A DNA stretch of 51,228 nucleotides, taken from the IMG/VR virus record IMGVR_UViG_3300044841_000145, positions 1 through 51,228 of that record; one strand, 5' to 3'. Source of the stretch: a virus (taxonomy: Duplodnaviria; Caudoviricetes). Numbering within the stretch: the stretch's first letter is position 1; each line of letters starts with the position of its first letter. The position numbers and the translations under genes were made by a program. The notes beneath the pieces are model-generated. The model was not told where the DNA came from, did not search any database, and worked only from the letters and a program-made list of their open reading frames with translations. Positions 26,074 through 34,525 of this stretch are shown in pieces.

Positions 26074-26486
26074 CCTCGCACTTCTACCGGCAGGTGGTGG
26101 GCGCAGCCCCGCTACCGGACCTGTCCGTGCTCGCGGACCTTTCCCCGGGGGTGGCGTACGCGGCGCTGGGGACGATCGTCCTCGTCACGATCCTGTTCCA
26201 CTTCGGCGGGACGATCCGGGAACGGATCTCCCCGAAGGCAGCTCCGAAGCCGGACCCGCCACCGGTCCCGCAGTCGGCCTCGGCGCTCCCGCAGGCGGTG
26301 GACTCGGCGACCCAGGCGTACGAGCGGTTCATCGATCACCTACGGGAGCAGATCGAGGCCGACACGAAGGCGCACGACCAGGCACTCCAGCAGGTGGAAC
26401 GGGAACTGGCGCAGGCCCGCAGGGAGTTGGTGGACCTGCGCGCCGAGATCAACCGGTTGAACATGCAGCTGTGGCAGAGGCCCTGA
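26070..26486 (+). CDS. Single-TM coiled-coil protein (lysis-cassette-type)
   Basis: One hydrophobic helix then a coiled coil; GTGA overlap. Confidence 0.65.
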   Translation: MTSHFYRQVVGAAPLPDLSVLADLSPGVAYAALGTIVLVTILFHFGGTIRERISPKAAPKPDPPPVPQSASALPQAVDSATQAYERFIDHLREQIEADTKAHDQALQQVERELAQARRELVDLRAEINRLNMQLWQRP

Positions 26487-27361
26487 TGACCGACGACGAC
26501 ACCGTCCCGACGTACGCCGACGTGCGGCAGACGAGCCAGGTCGCGCAGGAACTCGCACAGCAGGCCGCCGCCGACGAGCCCCGCCGCGTCGAGTCGATCG
26601 CGAAGGCGGCAGGGAAGGCAGCGGGGGAGACCGCGGCCCGCCAGGTGTCGCGCCGGTCCGCGCTCGTCGGGCTCCTCGTCGCCCTGATCGTGCCGCTCCT
26701 CGTGGCGTCCATCGCCCTGTCCACCGCCGTGAGCACCGCCGGCGACGTCGCGGACGTGCAGGTCGCGCTCGACCGGCTCGCCGAGGCGAACGACGAGCTG
26801 GCGTCGCGCGGTCAGCCACCGGTGCTGGCGCCCGCTGGCGGCGACGCTGAGGAGGTCTCCGCGGCGGCGATCACCGCGCAGGTACTGGCGAGCCTCCCGG
26901 AGGCACCGACGGCCGAGCAGGTCGCCGACCTCCTCCGTGGCGCCGTGGTCGGGTCGCTGCGGGGCCCGTCGTTCGACGAGCTGGCCCGGCTTTCGGGTGA
27001 CTATTTCTCGCGGCTCCCGGCACCACCCGGGCCGAGCGCGGAGCAGATCCAGACAGCGGTCGACCGTCGCTACGCCGAGAACCCACCCGACCCGGGCAGG
27101 GACGGGCGCAACGGTGTCGACGGGGAGAACGGGCAGAACGGGACGGATGGCGAGAACGGCGCGGACGGACGCAATGGGATCGACGGCGTCGATGGGCAGC
27201 CCGGCCGCTCGGTGCTCACCGGGCCGGAGCCTGTGCTGGTCGACGGGAACTGCGTCTGGCGCACCACGTACTCGGCGGAGCCGCTCGTGGAGGAGCACCC
27301 GGCCGGGGCTGCGGCGTGCCCTGCGCCTCCGACCCCTCCGGTCGTGGAACTGCCGGGCTGA
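26486..27361 (+). CDS. Membrane-anchored collagen-like protein
   Basis: TM helix, G-X-Y repeats, and two C-terminal cysteines; TGATG overlap. Confidence 0.75.
   Translation: MTDDDTVPTYADVRQTSQVAQELAQQAAADEPRRVESIAKAAGKAAGETAARQVSRRSALVGLLVALIVPLLVASIALSTAVSTAGDVADVQVALDRLAEANDELASRGQPPVLAPAGGDAEEVSAAAITAQVLASLPEAPTAEQVADLLRGAVVGSLRGPSFDELARLSGDYFSRLPAPPGPSAEQIQTAVDRRYAENPPDPGRDGRNGVDGENGQNGTDGENGADGRNGIDGVDGQPGRSVLTGPEPVLVDGNCVWRTTYSAEPLVEEHPAGAAACPAPPTPPVVELPG
27097..27205 (+). repeat. Collagen-like G-X-Y coding repeat
   Basis: GRDGRNGVDGENGQNGTDGENGADGRNGIDGVDGQPG. Confidence 0.8.
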
Positions 27362-27402
27362 CACGCGACTAGCAGGCCCGGCCCGGCCCGGCGGGGTGGA
27401 CT
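27360..27402 (+). promoter_or_regulatory. GACACGCGACT-box promoter (-10-like TGGACT), leaderless GTG at 27409
   Basis: Exact 11-mer at 27360-27370; 38 nt to GTG. Confidence 0.55.
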
Positions 27403-27408
27403 GTGCCC

Positions 27409-27852
27409 GTGGCATTCACGCAGGTCGCCGTCACCGGCACCTACCAGTACGCGGACGGCACGCCCGCGTCCGGCGCTGTGGTGTTCACCCCGACCGCGGT
27501 GATGCGCAACGGCGCCCACGTGGTCGAGGCGTCCCGGACCGTGCAGATCGTGGCTGGTGCCATCTCGACCACCCTCGCGGCGACCGACAACCCCGGCACC
27601 ACACCGACCGGCGTCTCCTACCAGGTGACGACCCACATCGCGGGCGCGCGGGCACGGGAGACCTACTACCTCGAGGTGCCCTACAACGGCGGGGCGATCG
27701 ATCTGGACGACGTGGCGCGCTCCGTGGAGGAGCCGACGCAGGTCGTCACGTACTTGACCCAAGCCGCTGCTGACGCGCGGTACGAGCCGCTCGGCGGTGG
27801 TTCCGCGGCGGCTGGTCGGGCCGCTGCCCTCGCTTTGATTCTGGGGAGCTGA
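27409..27852 (+). CDS. Fibre attachment/BppU-like minor tail protein
   Basis: VTGTY..ADGTPASG.V.FTP...L.ATDNP..TP.G..Y.V motif common to actinophage fibre N-termini. Confidence 0.7.
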   Translation: MAFTQVAVTGTYQYADGTPASGAVVFTPTAVMRNGAHVVEASRTVQIVAGAISTTLAATDNPGTTPTGVSYQVTTHIAGARARETYYLEVPYNGGAIDLDDVARSVEEPTQVVTYLTQAAADARYEPLGGGSAAAGRAAALALILGS

Positions 27853-27854
27853 CC

Positions 27855-28184
27855 TTGGCCGCCTACACGATCGCCTCGGGCGACGTCGCCTCGCATGCCC
27901 ACACGCTCGCGCCGGGCGTCGAGGACGTCGTGACGTTCCCGAACGTCGACGGCGAGGTGTCGCTGATCCTGTGGCCCGGCGGCAGCACCCCGGTCTACGT
28001 CAGCTCAGGCGAGGTCGCCGCGGTCGTTGCGGGGGCACGGTCCCGGATCCTGTTCCCCGGCTGGGCCGGGAGCCTCACCGGCCCGAACGGCGTGCTCACC
28101 GGGCTCGAAGGTGCAGGCGCCGGCCCGCCGACGAAGGTCCGGCTGATCTCCGCGGCTGCGATCACCTACAGCGTGGAGGCCTGA
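27855..28184 (+). CDS. Small virion structural protein
   Basis: Beta-rich, ends VRLISAAAITYSVE; part of the second fibre cassette. Confidence 0.6.
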   Translation: MAAYTIASGDVASHAHTLAPGVEDVVTFPNVDGEVSLILWPGGSTPVYVSSGEVAAVVAGARSRILFPGWAGSLTGPNGVLTGLEGAGAGPPTKVRLISAAAITYSVEA

Positions 28185-28185
28185 C

Positions 28186-28539
28186 ATGGCGACCCCCAAC
28201 ATCATCGAGGCCACGGCCCTCACCCCGGCTGTCCTGGTGCAGGCGCAGCTCGCGTCGGGGAACAACGACTACGCGGTCCCGGCGAACCGGGCGTGGCTGG
28301 TCAAGAGCTTCACCCTGACCAACGTGTCCGCCGCGTCGGTCACCGTCGATGTGCTCGTGATCCCGACGTCCGGCGGCACCGCGCGGGCAGTCCTCGACGA
28401 CCACGTCCTCGCGGTCAACACAGTCCTCGTCCTCGACCCGGCGTTCGTCGCGATGCTCCCCGAGGCCGCGACCCTCCGCATCACCTCCACAGCCGCGACC
28501 GCGGTCGACGTCCTCATCACGGGAGTTGTTGTCCAGTGA
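28186..28539 (+). CDS. Small virion structural protein
   Basis: GGAGG RBS; Y.VPA....VKS..LTNVS...VTVDV pattern of tail-fibre-associated proteins. Confidence 0.65.
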   Translation: MATPNIIEATALTPAVLVQAQLASGNNDYAVPANRAWLVKSFTLTNVSAASVTVDVLVIPTSGGTARAVLDDHVLAVNTVLVLDPAFVAMLPEAATLRITSTAATAVDVLITGVVVQ

Positions 28540-30419
28540 CCATCGAGCGGCACCAGGTCGCCGGGACCGGCGGCATCAACGGCGCCCCAGTCGACACGAC
28601 GGGCGCATCCGTAGGCGATGTTCCTACAGCAACGCAGCTCACGCCCCTGACCTTCGGAACCCGGGCGGGCGCCGCGGACATCGTCGCGCACCGCCCGACA
28701 GGCGTGGTCGCGACCGACAAGGCGATGCTGCTGCAGGCGATCGCCGACACCCCGTCAGGCGGGAAGCTGTGGATCCCCTCCGTCGGCGACACGCCCTATG
28801 CGATCGACGCCCCGCTCGTCATCGCCAAGCACATCACCATTGAGGGCAACAGCCTCTCCGACAACTTCACCAGCGTCACCTCTGGCGGCGAACTGGGGAC
28901 CCCGTCCAACTCGCTCGCCCAGATGCTCCTCGGCTCCGTGATCATGCAGGTCACCGCGGGCGCGAACGTCCTCAACCTGACCGGGTCCGGGATCGCGGCG
29001 CACCTGCGCCGCCTCGGCCTGACGTGGGCGTCGGCCATCCGCTACACGAACACCGGGCACGGCGTGTGGGCGTCGCCCACCCAGACCTTCGCGGGCGGCG
29101 GAGGATTCCCGGCCGGAGGCCACGATTCCGGCCTGATGTCCTACACGATGGCCGACGTCAGCGTCGCCGGGAACGACGGCAACCACTACGGCTTCTACCT
29201 GCTGAACGCCATGTACGGACGCATGGATCACCTGCGTGTCTACGGCGGCGGCGGACTGCACCTGGAGGTCGACTCGTTCCGCGGGAACTTCGGCAACCTC
29301 GTCTGCTCCGACCTGTACGTGAACCTGCTCAACGCGGGCACCGCCGCGGGCGTCCGCCTGTCCGCGCGGGTCGCCTACCCCGCCAACGGCGGAGTCCTCA
29401 ACCTGCTCACGTTCATCCGCCCGCAGGTCAACCTGACCGGGGACGCGAACGTGGCTGGCACCCAGTACGCGTGGAACAACAACGGCGGCCCCGCGCTCCC
29501 GTACGCGGTCACCCTCATCGACCCCGACATGGAGATCGAACCCACCTCCTCCGCCTGCAACATCGACTTCGGCGGCGTCGGGTCGGGTACCCGAGTCCTG
29601 GGCTCCACGCTGCTGTCAAAGGCCCCGCTAGGCGGCTACGACGGCGCAGTCGGCTACCGCCGGTACACCGCCACCGGCTCCTTCGTGGTCCCTCGTGGGG
29701 TCCTCAAGGTGCGCGCCCGCGCTGTCGGCGCAGGTGGCGGTGGCGGTGGCGGCGGCTCCGCCCTGACTGCTGGCGGCGTCACCAACCAGGTCGGCGGCGC
29801 TGGCGGCGGCGCGGGGTTGGTCGCCGAGGCCACAGTCGACGTCACGCCGGGCACCACCTACACGGTCACCGTCGGCACCGGTGGCACCGCGGGCACCGCA
29901 GCCGCGGCGAACGGCGCCGCGGGCGGCGCTGGCGGTACCGGCGGCCGGTCCTCGTTCCATACCGACCTCGTCCGCGCGGACGGTGGCGGTGGCGGCGAGG
30001 GCGGCCTCGCGAACGTCAACACGGCGCGAGGCGGTGGCCGGTTCGGCGCCAGCGGATCCCCCGGAGCACTCAGCGCAAGTGGCGGGGCCGCGAACGTGCC
30101 CGGCTACGGCTCGAACGCGCAGAACCCCAACGGGCTGACCTCCGTCCCGATGCCCCCCGGCGTGGTCGGCGGCTCCGGTGCTGGTGCCGCGAACGCCACC
30201 CTCGGCGGCGGACGTGGCAACGCCTCGCAGGTCGCCTTCCCTGCTTACACGGGCCAGGGCGGCGGCTCGGGTGCCACCTCCGCGACCGCGAACGGCGTGG
30301 ACGGCCAGACGGCCATCACCCCCGGCTGCGGCGGCGGTGGCGGTGGCGGTGGCGCCCCGGGCGGTACGGGTGGCGCGGGAGCCCTCGGTGCGCCCGGCAT
30401 GGTTGAGGTCTGGTGGTGA
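28536..30419 (+). CDS. Tail fibre with beta-helix-like region and glycine-rich C-terminal domain
   Basis: LQAIADTP.GG.LWIP..YAI..PL beta-helix start; F.VP.GV..V..RAVGAGGGG...VTPGTTYTVTVG.GG...GAPG.V.V.W glycine-rich fibre domain. Confidence 0.8.
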   Translation: MTIERHQVAGTGGINGAPVDTTGASVGDVPTATQLTPLTFGTRAGAADIVAHRPTGVVATDKAMLLQAIADTPSGGKLWIPSVGDTPYAIDAPLVIAKHITIEGNSLSDNFTSVTSGGELGTPSNSLAQMLLGSVIMQVTAGANVLNLTGSGIAAHLRRLGLTWASAIRYTNTGHGVWASPTQTFAGGGGFPAGGHDSGLMSYTMADVSVAGNDGNHYGFYLLNAMYGRMDHLRVYGGGGLHLEVDSFRGNFGNLVCSDLYVNLLNAGTAAGVRLSARVAYPANGGVLNLLTFIRPQVNLTGDANVAGTQYAWNNNGGPALPYAVTLIDPDMEIEPTSSACNIDFGGVGSGTRVLGSTLLSKAPLGGYDGAVGYRRYTATGSFVVPRGVLKVRARAVGAGGGGGGGGSALTAGGVTNQVGGAGGGAGLVAEATVDVTPGTTYTVTVGTGGTAGTAAAANGAAGGAGGTGGRSSFHTDLVRADGGGGGEGGLANVNTARGGGRFGASGSPGALSASGGAANVPGYGSNAQNPNGLTSVPMPPGVVGGSGAGAANATLGGGRGNASQVAFPAYTGQGGGSGATSATANGVDGQTAITPGCGGGGGGGGAPGGTGGAGALGAPGMVEVWW

Positions 30420-30429
30420 GGGTTGGGGC

Positions 30430-31938
30430 TCAGCGAGTGACGAGCCGGTAGAGGTCGTACACGCTCGGCTCCTGCGTCGCGCCGAGCATCACGCGCATCC
30501 CGTAGTTGTCCTGCTGCTCGTACGGCAGGACGAGGTCGCCGCAGCGAAGGGTCAGGGCCGGGCCGGACTGGCCGAAGATGCCGAGGGTCTGGCGCTGCTG
30601 GGCGACGATCGCGCTCGGGACGCCGGTCTCCTGGACGTTCCGGCAGAAGCGTTCGTAGTCGCCGGGCGTCTCGGCCACGGCCTTCCCGTTGACCAGCCCG
30701 GCGAGGTCTACGACCCGGATGGGTGCGTACCAGCCCAGCCGCCCGATGTCGTACACCGCGACCGTCTCGCCCGGCCGGAACTCCGCCGATCGAACGTCGT
30801 TCTCCGCCGACCCGAGCGCCACCAGGGACGGCAGGAACACGACGGCCTGCACCGCCGACGCCGCAAGGGCAGCCACCCACACCCTGCGAGTCCACGCCTC
30901 AGCGGCGCGAGGCATCTGGAGGACGACCAGCATGCCGATGAGGAACAGCAGCGATCCGAGGAAGTAGCGGGCACCGTGGATCCGCTGGCCGTTGATCAGC
31001 GCCATGAGGAACGTGGCCGCGATTGGGGCCGCGCTGAGCAGCACCACGATGGCCGTGACCCGGGACGCCTGCTGCCGGGCCACGCCGACGACGACGACGA
31101 GCCCAGCGAGCCACAGGACCGGGACGATCGCCATCATCCGGGCCGACTCGGCGACTACGGCGCCGTACGCCCCGGGCCGCTGCTTGGCCATCCCGGCGTC
31201 GGACACCAACGCGCCGAACACGTAGTACGTCCAGCCGAACCAGGCGACCACGATCGCCGCTCCGGTCGCCACCGCGGCGCCCGCCCGCCCGCGCTGGATC
31301 AGAAGCAACACCAGCCCGGCGATCCCGGTGACCGGAAGCAGGTCAACCCGGACGACCGCGGGCATCGCGACCGCCACACCGGTGGTGATAGCAGCCGCGA
31401 GGCCTGCGTCCGGCCGGTTGAGCGTCGACTGGATCCGCAGCACCAGCACCGCGACTGCTGCGACGGCCAGGCTCGTCTCCATCCCGTCCTGCATCCACCG
31501 CGCGGTAGCGGGCGAGGCGAGCAGGACGATCAGCATCAGCCAGGCCAGGACTCGGCCTCGGCCGGTCGCCTCCGCATGCAAGGGGCTGCGCCGGAGCACG
31601 ACGGCAGCCGCGGTGAGCGCGGCAGCGTAGGCCGCCACGGAGACGACCTTCGCGGCTGCCGGCCAGGCCGCGGCCGGGAGGAGCGTGACGACGGCCCAGA
31701 GCAGGTAGTCGTACGCGAGCGAGCTGGTGCCGAAGCTGTGCTGCCCGGGGTTGTACTCGATCTGCGTGGGCGTGCCCATGTTCGCGACGTACCGCAGGTG
31801 GATGAACGTGTCGTCCTGCAGGTGGCCCCATATCAGCCAGGTCGAGAACGCCCCGACCGCGAGGGTGATCACGAACAGGACTGCCGCACCGGGCGCGTCC
31901 CTCCTGTCGCTGCGGTGCTCGGCCGCCATGGTGGTCAC
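30430..31938 (-). CDS. Polytopic GT-C-fold glycosyltransferase (AftB/ArnT-like) moron
   Basis: About 11 TM segments; DDTFIHLRY..N, YNPG...GTSSL, GMETSL, R.D, RYF and DIGRLGWY...VVDLAGLVN motifs; antisense to the structural operon. Confidence 0.75.
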   Translation of the reverse strand: MTTMAAEHRSDRRDAPGAAVLFVITLAVGAFSTWLIWGHLQDDTFIHLRYVANMGTPTQIEYNPGQHSFGTSSLAYDYLLWAVVTLLPAAAWPAAAKVVSVAAYAAALTAAAVVLRRSPLHAEATGRGRVLAWLMLIVLLASPATARWMQDGMETSLAVAAVAVLVLRIQSTLNRPDAGLAAAITTGVAVAMPAVVRVDLLPVTGIAGLVLLLIQRGRAGAAVATGAAIVVAWFGWTYYVFGALVSDAGMAKQRPGAYGAVVAESARMMAIVPVLWLAGLVVVVGVARQQASRVTAIVVLLSAAPIAATFLMALINGQRIHGARYFLGSLLFLIGMLVVLQMPRAAEAWTRRVWVAALAASAVQAVVFLPSLVALGSAENDVRSAEFRPGETVAVYDIGRLGWYAPIRVVDLAGLVNGKAVAETPGDYERFCRNVQETGVPSAIVAQQRQTLGIFGQSGPALTLRCGDLVLPYEQQDNYGMRVMLGATQEPSVYDLYRLVTR

Positions 31939-32049
31939 ACGCAGCTGTCGCCGAACCGATCCGGGCGGTTACGAAACGCCGTCCGGATCATCACTGCTGA
32001 TGAGCCGCCCGTCCCGCCCGTAATTCATGTCGGCACACCTACGGCCAGG

Positions 32050-32463
32050 TCACAGCACTGGAATCGACGACTTCCAGGTGTGTCGCTTCGGTGGAAACCA
32101 CCACCGCACCCGCGGCCGCGTCGCGAACCGGACCTGCACAGATGGCCACCCGTCGGCCTGATCAATCCCCAACATGGCGATCAGGCTCGTCGCCTGCCCA
32201 ACCGAGAACACCTCGAACTCGGTGTCGCCCGTGTGGCGGACCCACTCGTCGAGCACGATCTCGACGTCGTACGCAGGCGCGCCCGCGAGCACCACCTCGA
32301 ACCGCTGCCGGCTCGTGCTGGTCGGCCGGGCGGACCACTGCGGCGCCGAGTTCGGCCCCTTCCTCGCCCGGACCAGGTTCAGCCACCCGAACAGGATCGC
32401 CGCGAGGAACGCGCCGATCGCCGCGATCGCTGCCACCCAGTCCGCAAGCGACGACTCACCCAA
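32050..32463 (-). CDS. N-terminally anchored membrane protein (moron)
   Basis: LADWVAAIAAIGAFLAAILFGWLNL TM followed by a beta-rich domain; TTG start overlapping the upstream small ORF. Confidence 0.6.
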   Translation of the reverse strand: MGESSLADWVAAIAAIGAFLAAILFGWLNLVRARKGPNSAPQWSARPTSTSRQRFEVVLAGAPAYDVEIVLDEWVRHTGDTEFEVFSVGQATSLIAMLGIDQADGWPSVQVRFATRPRVRWWFPPKRHTWKSSIPVL

Positions 32464-32644
32464 GGCGGGGCAACCCCTCGTCGCGGAACTGCGCCCGGTC
32501 ACGAGCCTCCGTCTGCGCATCCCTGAACGCGCAGCCCTTCCCGTCGTGGCCGTGGTTCTGGACGCACTGGTAGAGGTCCCCGTCCGCAGTGGCGACGTTC
32601 CGGCATCGGGTCGGATCGTGCGGATCGAACGCAGCCTTCGGCAC
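32456..32644 (-). CDS. Small Cys/His protein (62 aa)
   Basis: C...C...H.H...C pattern; its stop overlaps the next gene's start. Confidence 0.45.
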   Translation of the reverse strand: MPKAAFDPHDPTRCRNVATADGDLYQCVQNHGHDGKGCAFRDAQTEARDRAQFRDEGLPRLG

Positions 32645-32692
32645 GCCCCGTAGATCGCATCCTGATCACCGCTCGTTAGCACCGCTGCCGCC

Positions 32693-32735
32693 GACACGCG
32701 ACTACCCACCCCGCCAGCCCCGGACCCGCCACGGT
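32693..32735 (+). promoter_or_regulatory. GACACGCGACT-box promoter (-10-like CACGGT), leaderless GTG at 32742
   Basis: Exact 11-mer at 32693-32703; 38 nt to GTG. Confidence 0.55.
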
Positions 32736-32741
32736 CTCAGC

Positions 32742-32912
32742 GTGACCGCCGCCGCGCCCCCACCTGCGTGCGCTTGTTCGCATGCCCGTGAGGCGCACAC
32801 GCACCTCCACACGCGCACCTACTGCGCGTTCTGCGAGTGCCCCGCCTACCGGCCGCGCCTGCGCGATGTCGCGCGCGCCCTCCTCCGTCGCCTCTCCAAG
32901 GGGAATCCGTGA
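32742..32912 (+). CDS. Small zinc-binding protein (56 aa)
   Basis: CACSH...H.H....YC..C.C..Y; GTGA overlap with the next gene. Confidence 0.65.
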   Translation: MTAAAPPPACACSHAREAHTHLHTRTYCAFCECPAYRPRLRDVARALLRRLSKGNP

Positions 32913-33640
32913 AGCTCCGCCACGCCGCGCTGACCGCCGGCCTCGTGCTCATCCTCGTCGGCACACCCGCCCTGGCGTTCGCCCAGGACACCGGGCCCGA
33001 GTCGCAGGCATGCGAGGACGCCACCCAGGCCGTAGCCGACTTCGAGCTGGAAGCCCGCATCGGCGTCGCACTCGAAGCCGCCGCCCGGCACGACACCGAA
33101 GCCACCGCGCAGCAGACCGTTGCGGTCGCCGCCGACGCCAAGGCCACCGCCGAGCAGGCCGTCGCCGACGCAGCCGACGCCACGGTGCCCCCGAACATCT
33201 CGATCCGCGACAACGCCCGCCAGGCTGCCGCCGCCGCGCGGACTGCGCGAGACGCAGCGCGGGCGCTCGTGACGCAGTCGCTCGCCGACCGTGACGCTGC
33301 CCGCGCCGCGGCGAACGGGGGCCTGCAGGTCGAGCTCGACGCACTGATCGACGCCCGGGACGCGGCCTGCGAGCCCGTCGTCACCCCGACGCCCACGCCC
33401 ACACCGACTCCGAGTGCCACGCCGACCCCGACTCCGACACCCACGCCAGGCGACGACGACTACAACTGCATCGACTTCCCCCTCTCGGACGGCCGCACCG
33501 CGCAGGACGTCCTCGACGCCGACCCGAGCGACCCGCACCGGCTCGACTACGACAAGGACCGAGTCGCTTGTGAGCTGGCTGACGAGGAGTACTCGCAGGT
33601 CGGAACCGTCCCTGTCGGGGGCGTGGCCACCGGTGCGTAG
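32909..33640 (+). CDS. Secreted protein: signal peptide, Ala-rich coiled coil, Pro/Thr linker, Excalibur-like Ca-binding domain, C-terminal VPVGGVATG putative sorting motif
   Basis: PALAFA|QD cleavage site; DYNCIDF...AQ.VLDADPSDPHRLD.DKD.VACE; adjacent to a sortase gene. Confidence 0.8.
   Translation: MKLRHAALTAGLVLILVGTPALAFAQDTGPESQACEDATQAVADFELEARIGVALEAAARHDTEATAQQTVAVAADAKATAEQAVADAADATVPPNISIRDNARQAAAAARTARDAARALVTQSLADRDAARAAANGGLQVELDALIDARDAACEPVVTPTPTPTPTPSATPTPTPTPTPGDDDYNCIDFPLSDGRTAQDVLDADPSDPHRLDYDKDRVACELADEEYSQVGTVPVGGVATGA
33383..33448 (+). repeat. (Thr-Pro)n linker repeat
   Basis: TPTPTPTPTPSATPTPTPTPTP. Confidence 0.8.
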
Positions 33641-34229
33641 CCTGGCCCGCCTCGTCGCCGCCGGGGCAGCCATCCTCGCCCTCGCCGGGTGCGGCGCAAT
33701 CCCCGGCACACCGGCCCCCATCGCGGGCGCTCCTCCGTTGCAGGTCGTCACGCTGCAGCCCGAGCCGCTCGCGGTGACGGTCCCGGCGATCGACGTCCAC
33801 TCCACGCTGATCGGGCTCGGCCTGAATCCGGACGACACCGCGCAGGTGCCTCCGGTGACTCATCCCGAACTCGCGTCGTGGTACCAGCCCGGAGTACGGC
33901 CCGGAGCCGACGGTCCCAGCGTCATCCTCGGCCACGTGAGCGGCCGCCCACCCGGCGCCAACCGCTCCGTCCCCGGCGTGTTCGCGCGCCTCGCCGAGCT
34001 CACTCCGGGCGCCGAGATCCTCGTCGACCGCACCGACGGCTCCACCCTTGTGTTCGAGACGACCGCCGTCGAGACGCACTCGAAGCTGGACTTCCCGACC
34101 GAGCGGGTGTGGGGCAACACCGTCGGGCCCGCGCTTCGCTTGATCACCTGCGGCGGCGCATTCGACCCGGCCGCGAGTAGCTACGAGTCGAATGTCGTGG
34201 TCTTCGCGCACCTCACGGGCATCCGATGA
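33633..34229 (+). CDS. Class F sortase (lipoprotein)
   Basis: Lipobox LAGC; VPAIDV, WY..G.RPG..GPSVILGHV (catalytic His), F..L..L..G, LRLITCGG (catalytic Cys), Y.SNVVV.A. Confidence 0.9.
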   Translation: MRSLARLVAAGAAILALAGCGAIPGTPAPIAGAPPLQVVTLQPEPLAVTVPAIDVHSTLIGLGLNPDDTAQVPPVTHPELASWYQPGVRPGADGPSVILGHVSGRPPGANRSVPGVFARLAELTPGAEILVDRTDGSTLVFETTAVETHSKLDFPTERVWGNTVGPALRLITCGGAFDPAASSYESNVVVFAHLTGIR

Positions 34230-34525
34230 ACCACCCCGGACGCATCACCCCAGGTCTGCGGAGGCCACAACCGCCCGACAACCCGGCCCGCCCCCCGCGC
34301 GTACCGATCGAGCAGGCCTTGCTCGTGCTGCGCCACGTCAAGCCGTGGGCAGCGCGGCGCCTCCCTGAGGCCGAGCTGGTGTGCTTCGACGCCGAGCAGC
34401 GCCAGATCGCGCCGCTCCCCGGACAGGTCAGCCGCAGATGGGCACGCAGTCAGGCCGCGCGCATTCCCGGACAGCGGCGTCCGCCCGCGCTCGAGCAGAT
34501 GGAGGACCGCCGTGCCCGGCGATGA
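34226..34525 (+). CDS. Hypothetical protein (99 aa)
   Basis: ATGA overlap with the sortase; contains the GGAGG RBS of the next gene. Confidence 0.5.
   Translation: MNHPGRITPGLRRPQPPDNPARPPRVPIEQALLVLRHVKPWAARRLPEAELVCFDAEQRQIAPLPGQVSRRWARSQAARIPGQRRPPALEQMEDRRARR

Noticed and set aside
19111-30419. Invertase-driven tail-fibre switching (Gin/Cin-like)
   Set aside because: Both recombinases are about 15 kb from the fibre genes, and no inverted fibre half-genes or flanking inverted crossover sites were seen.
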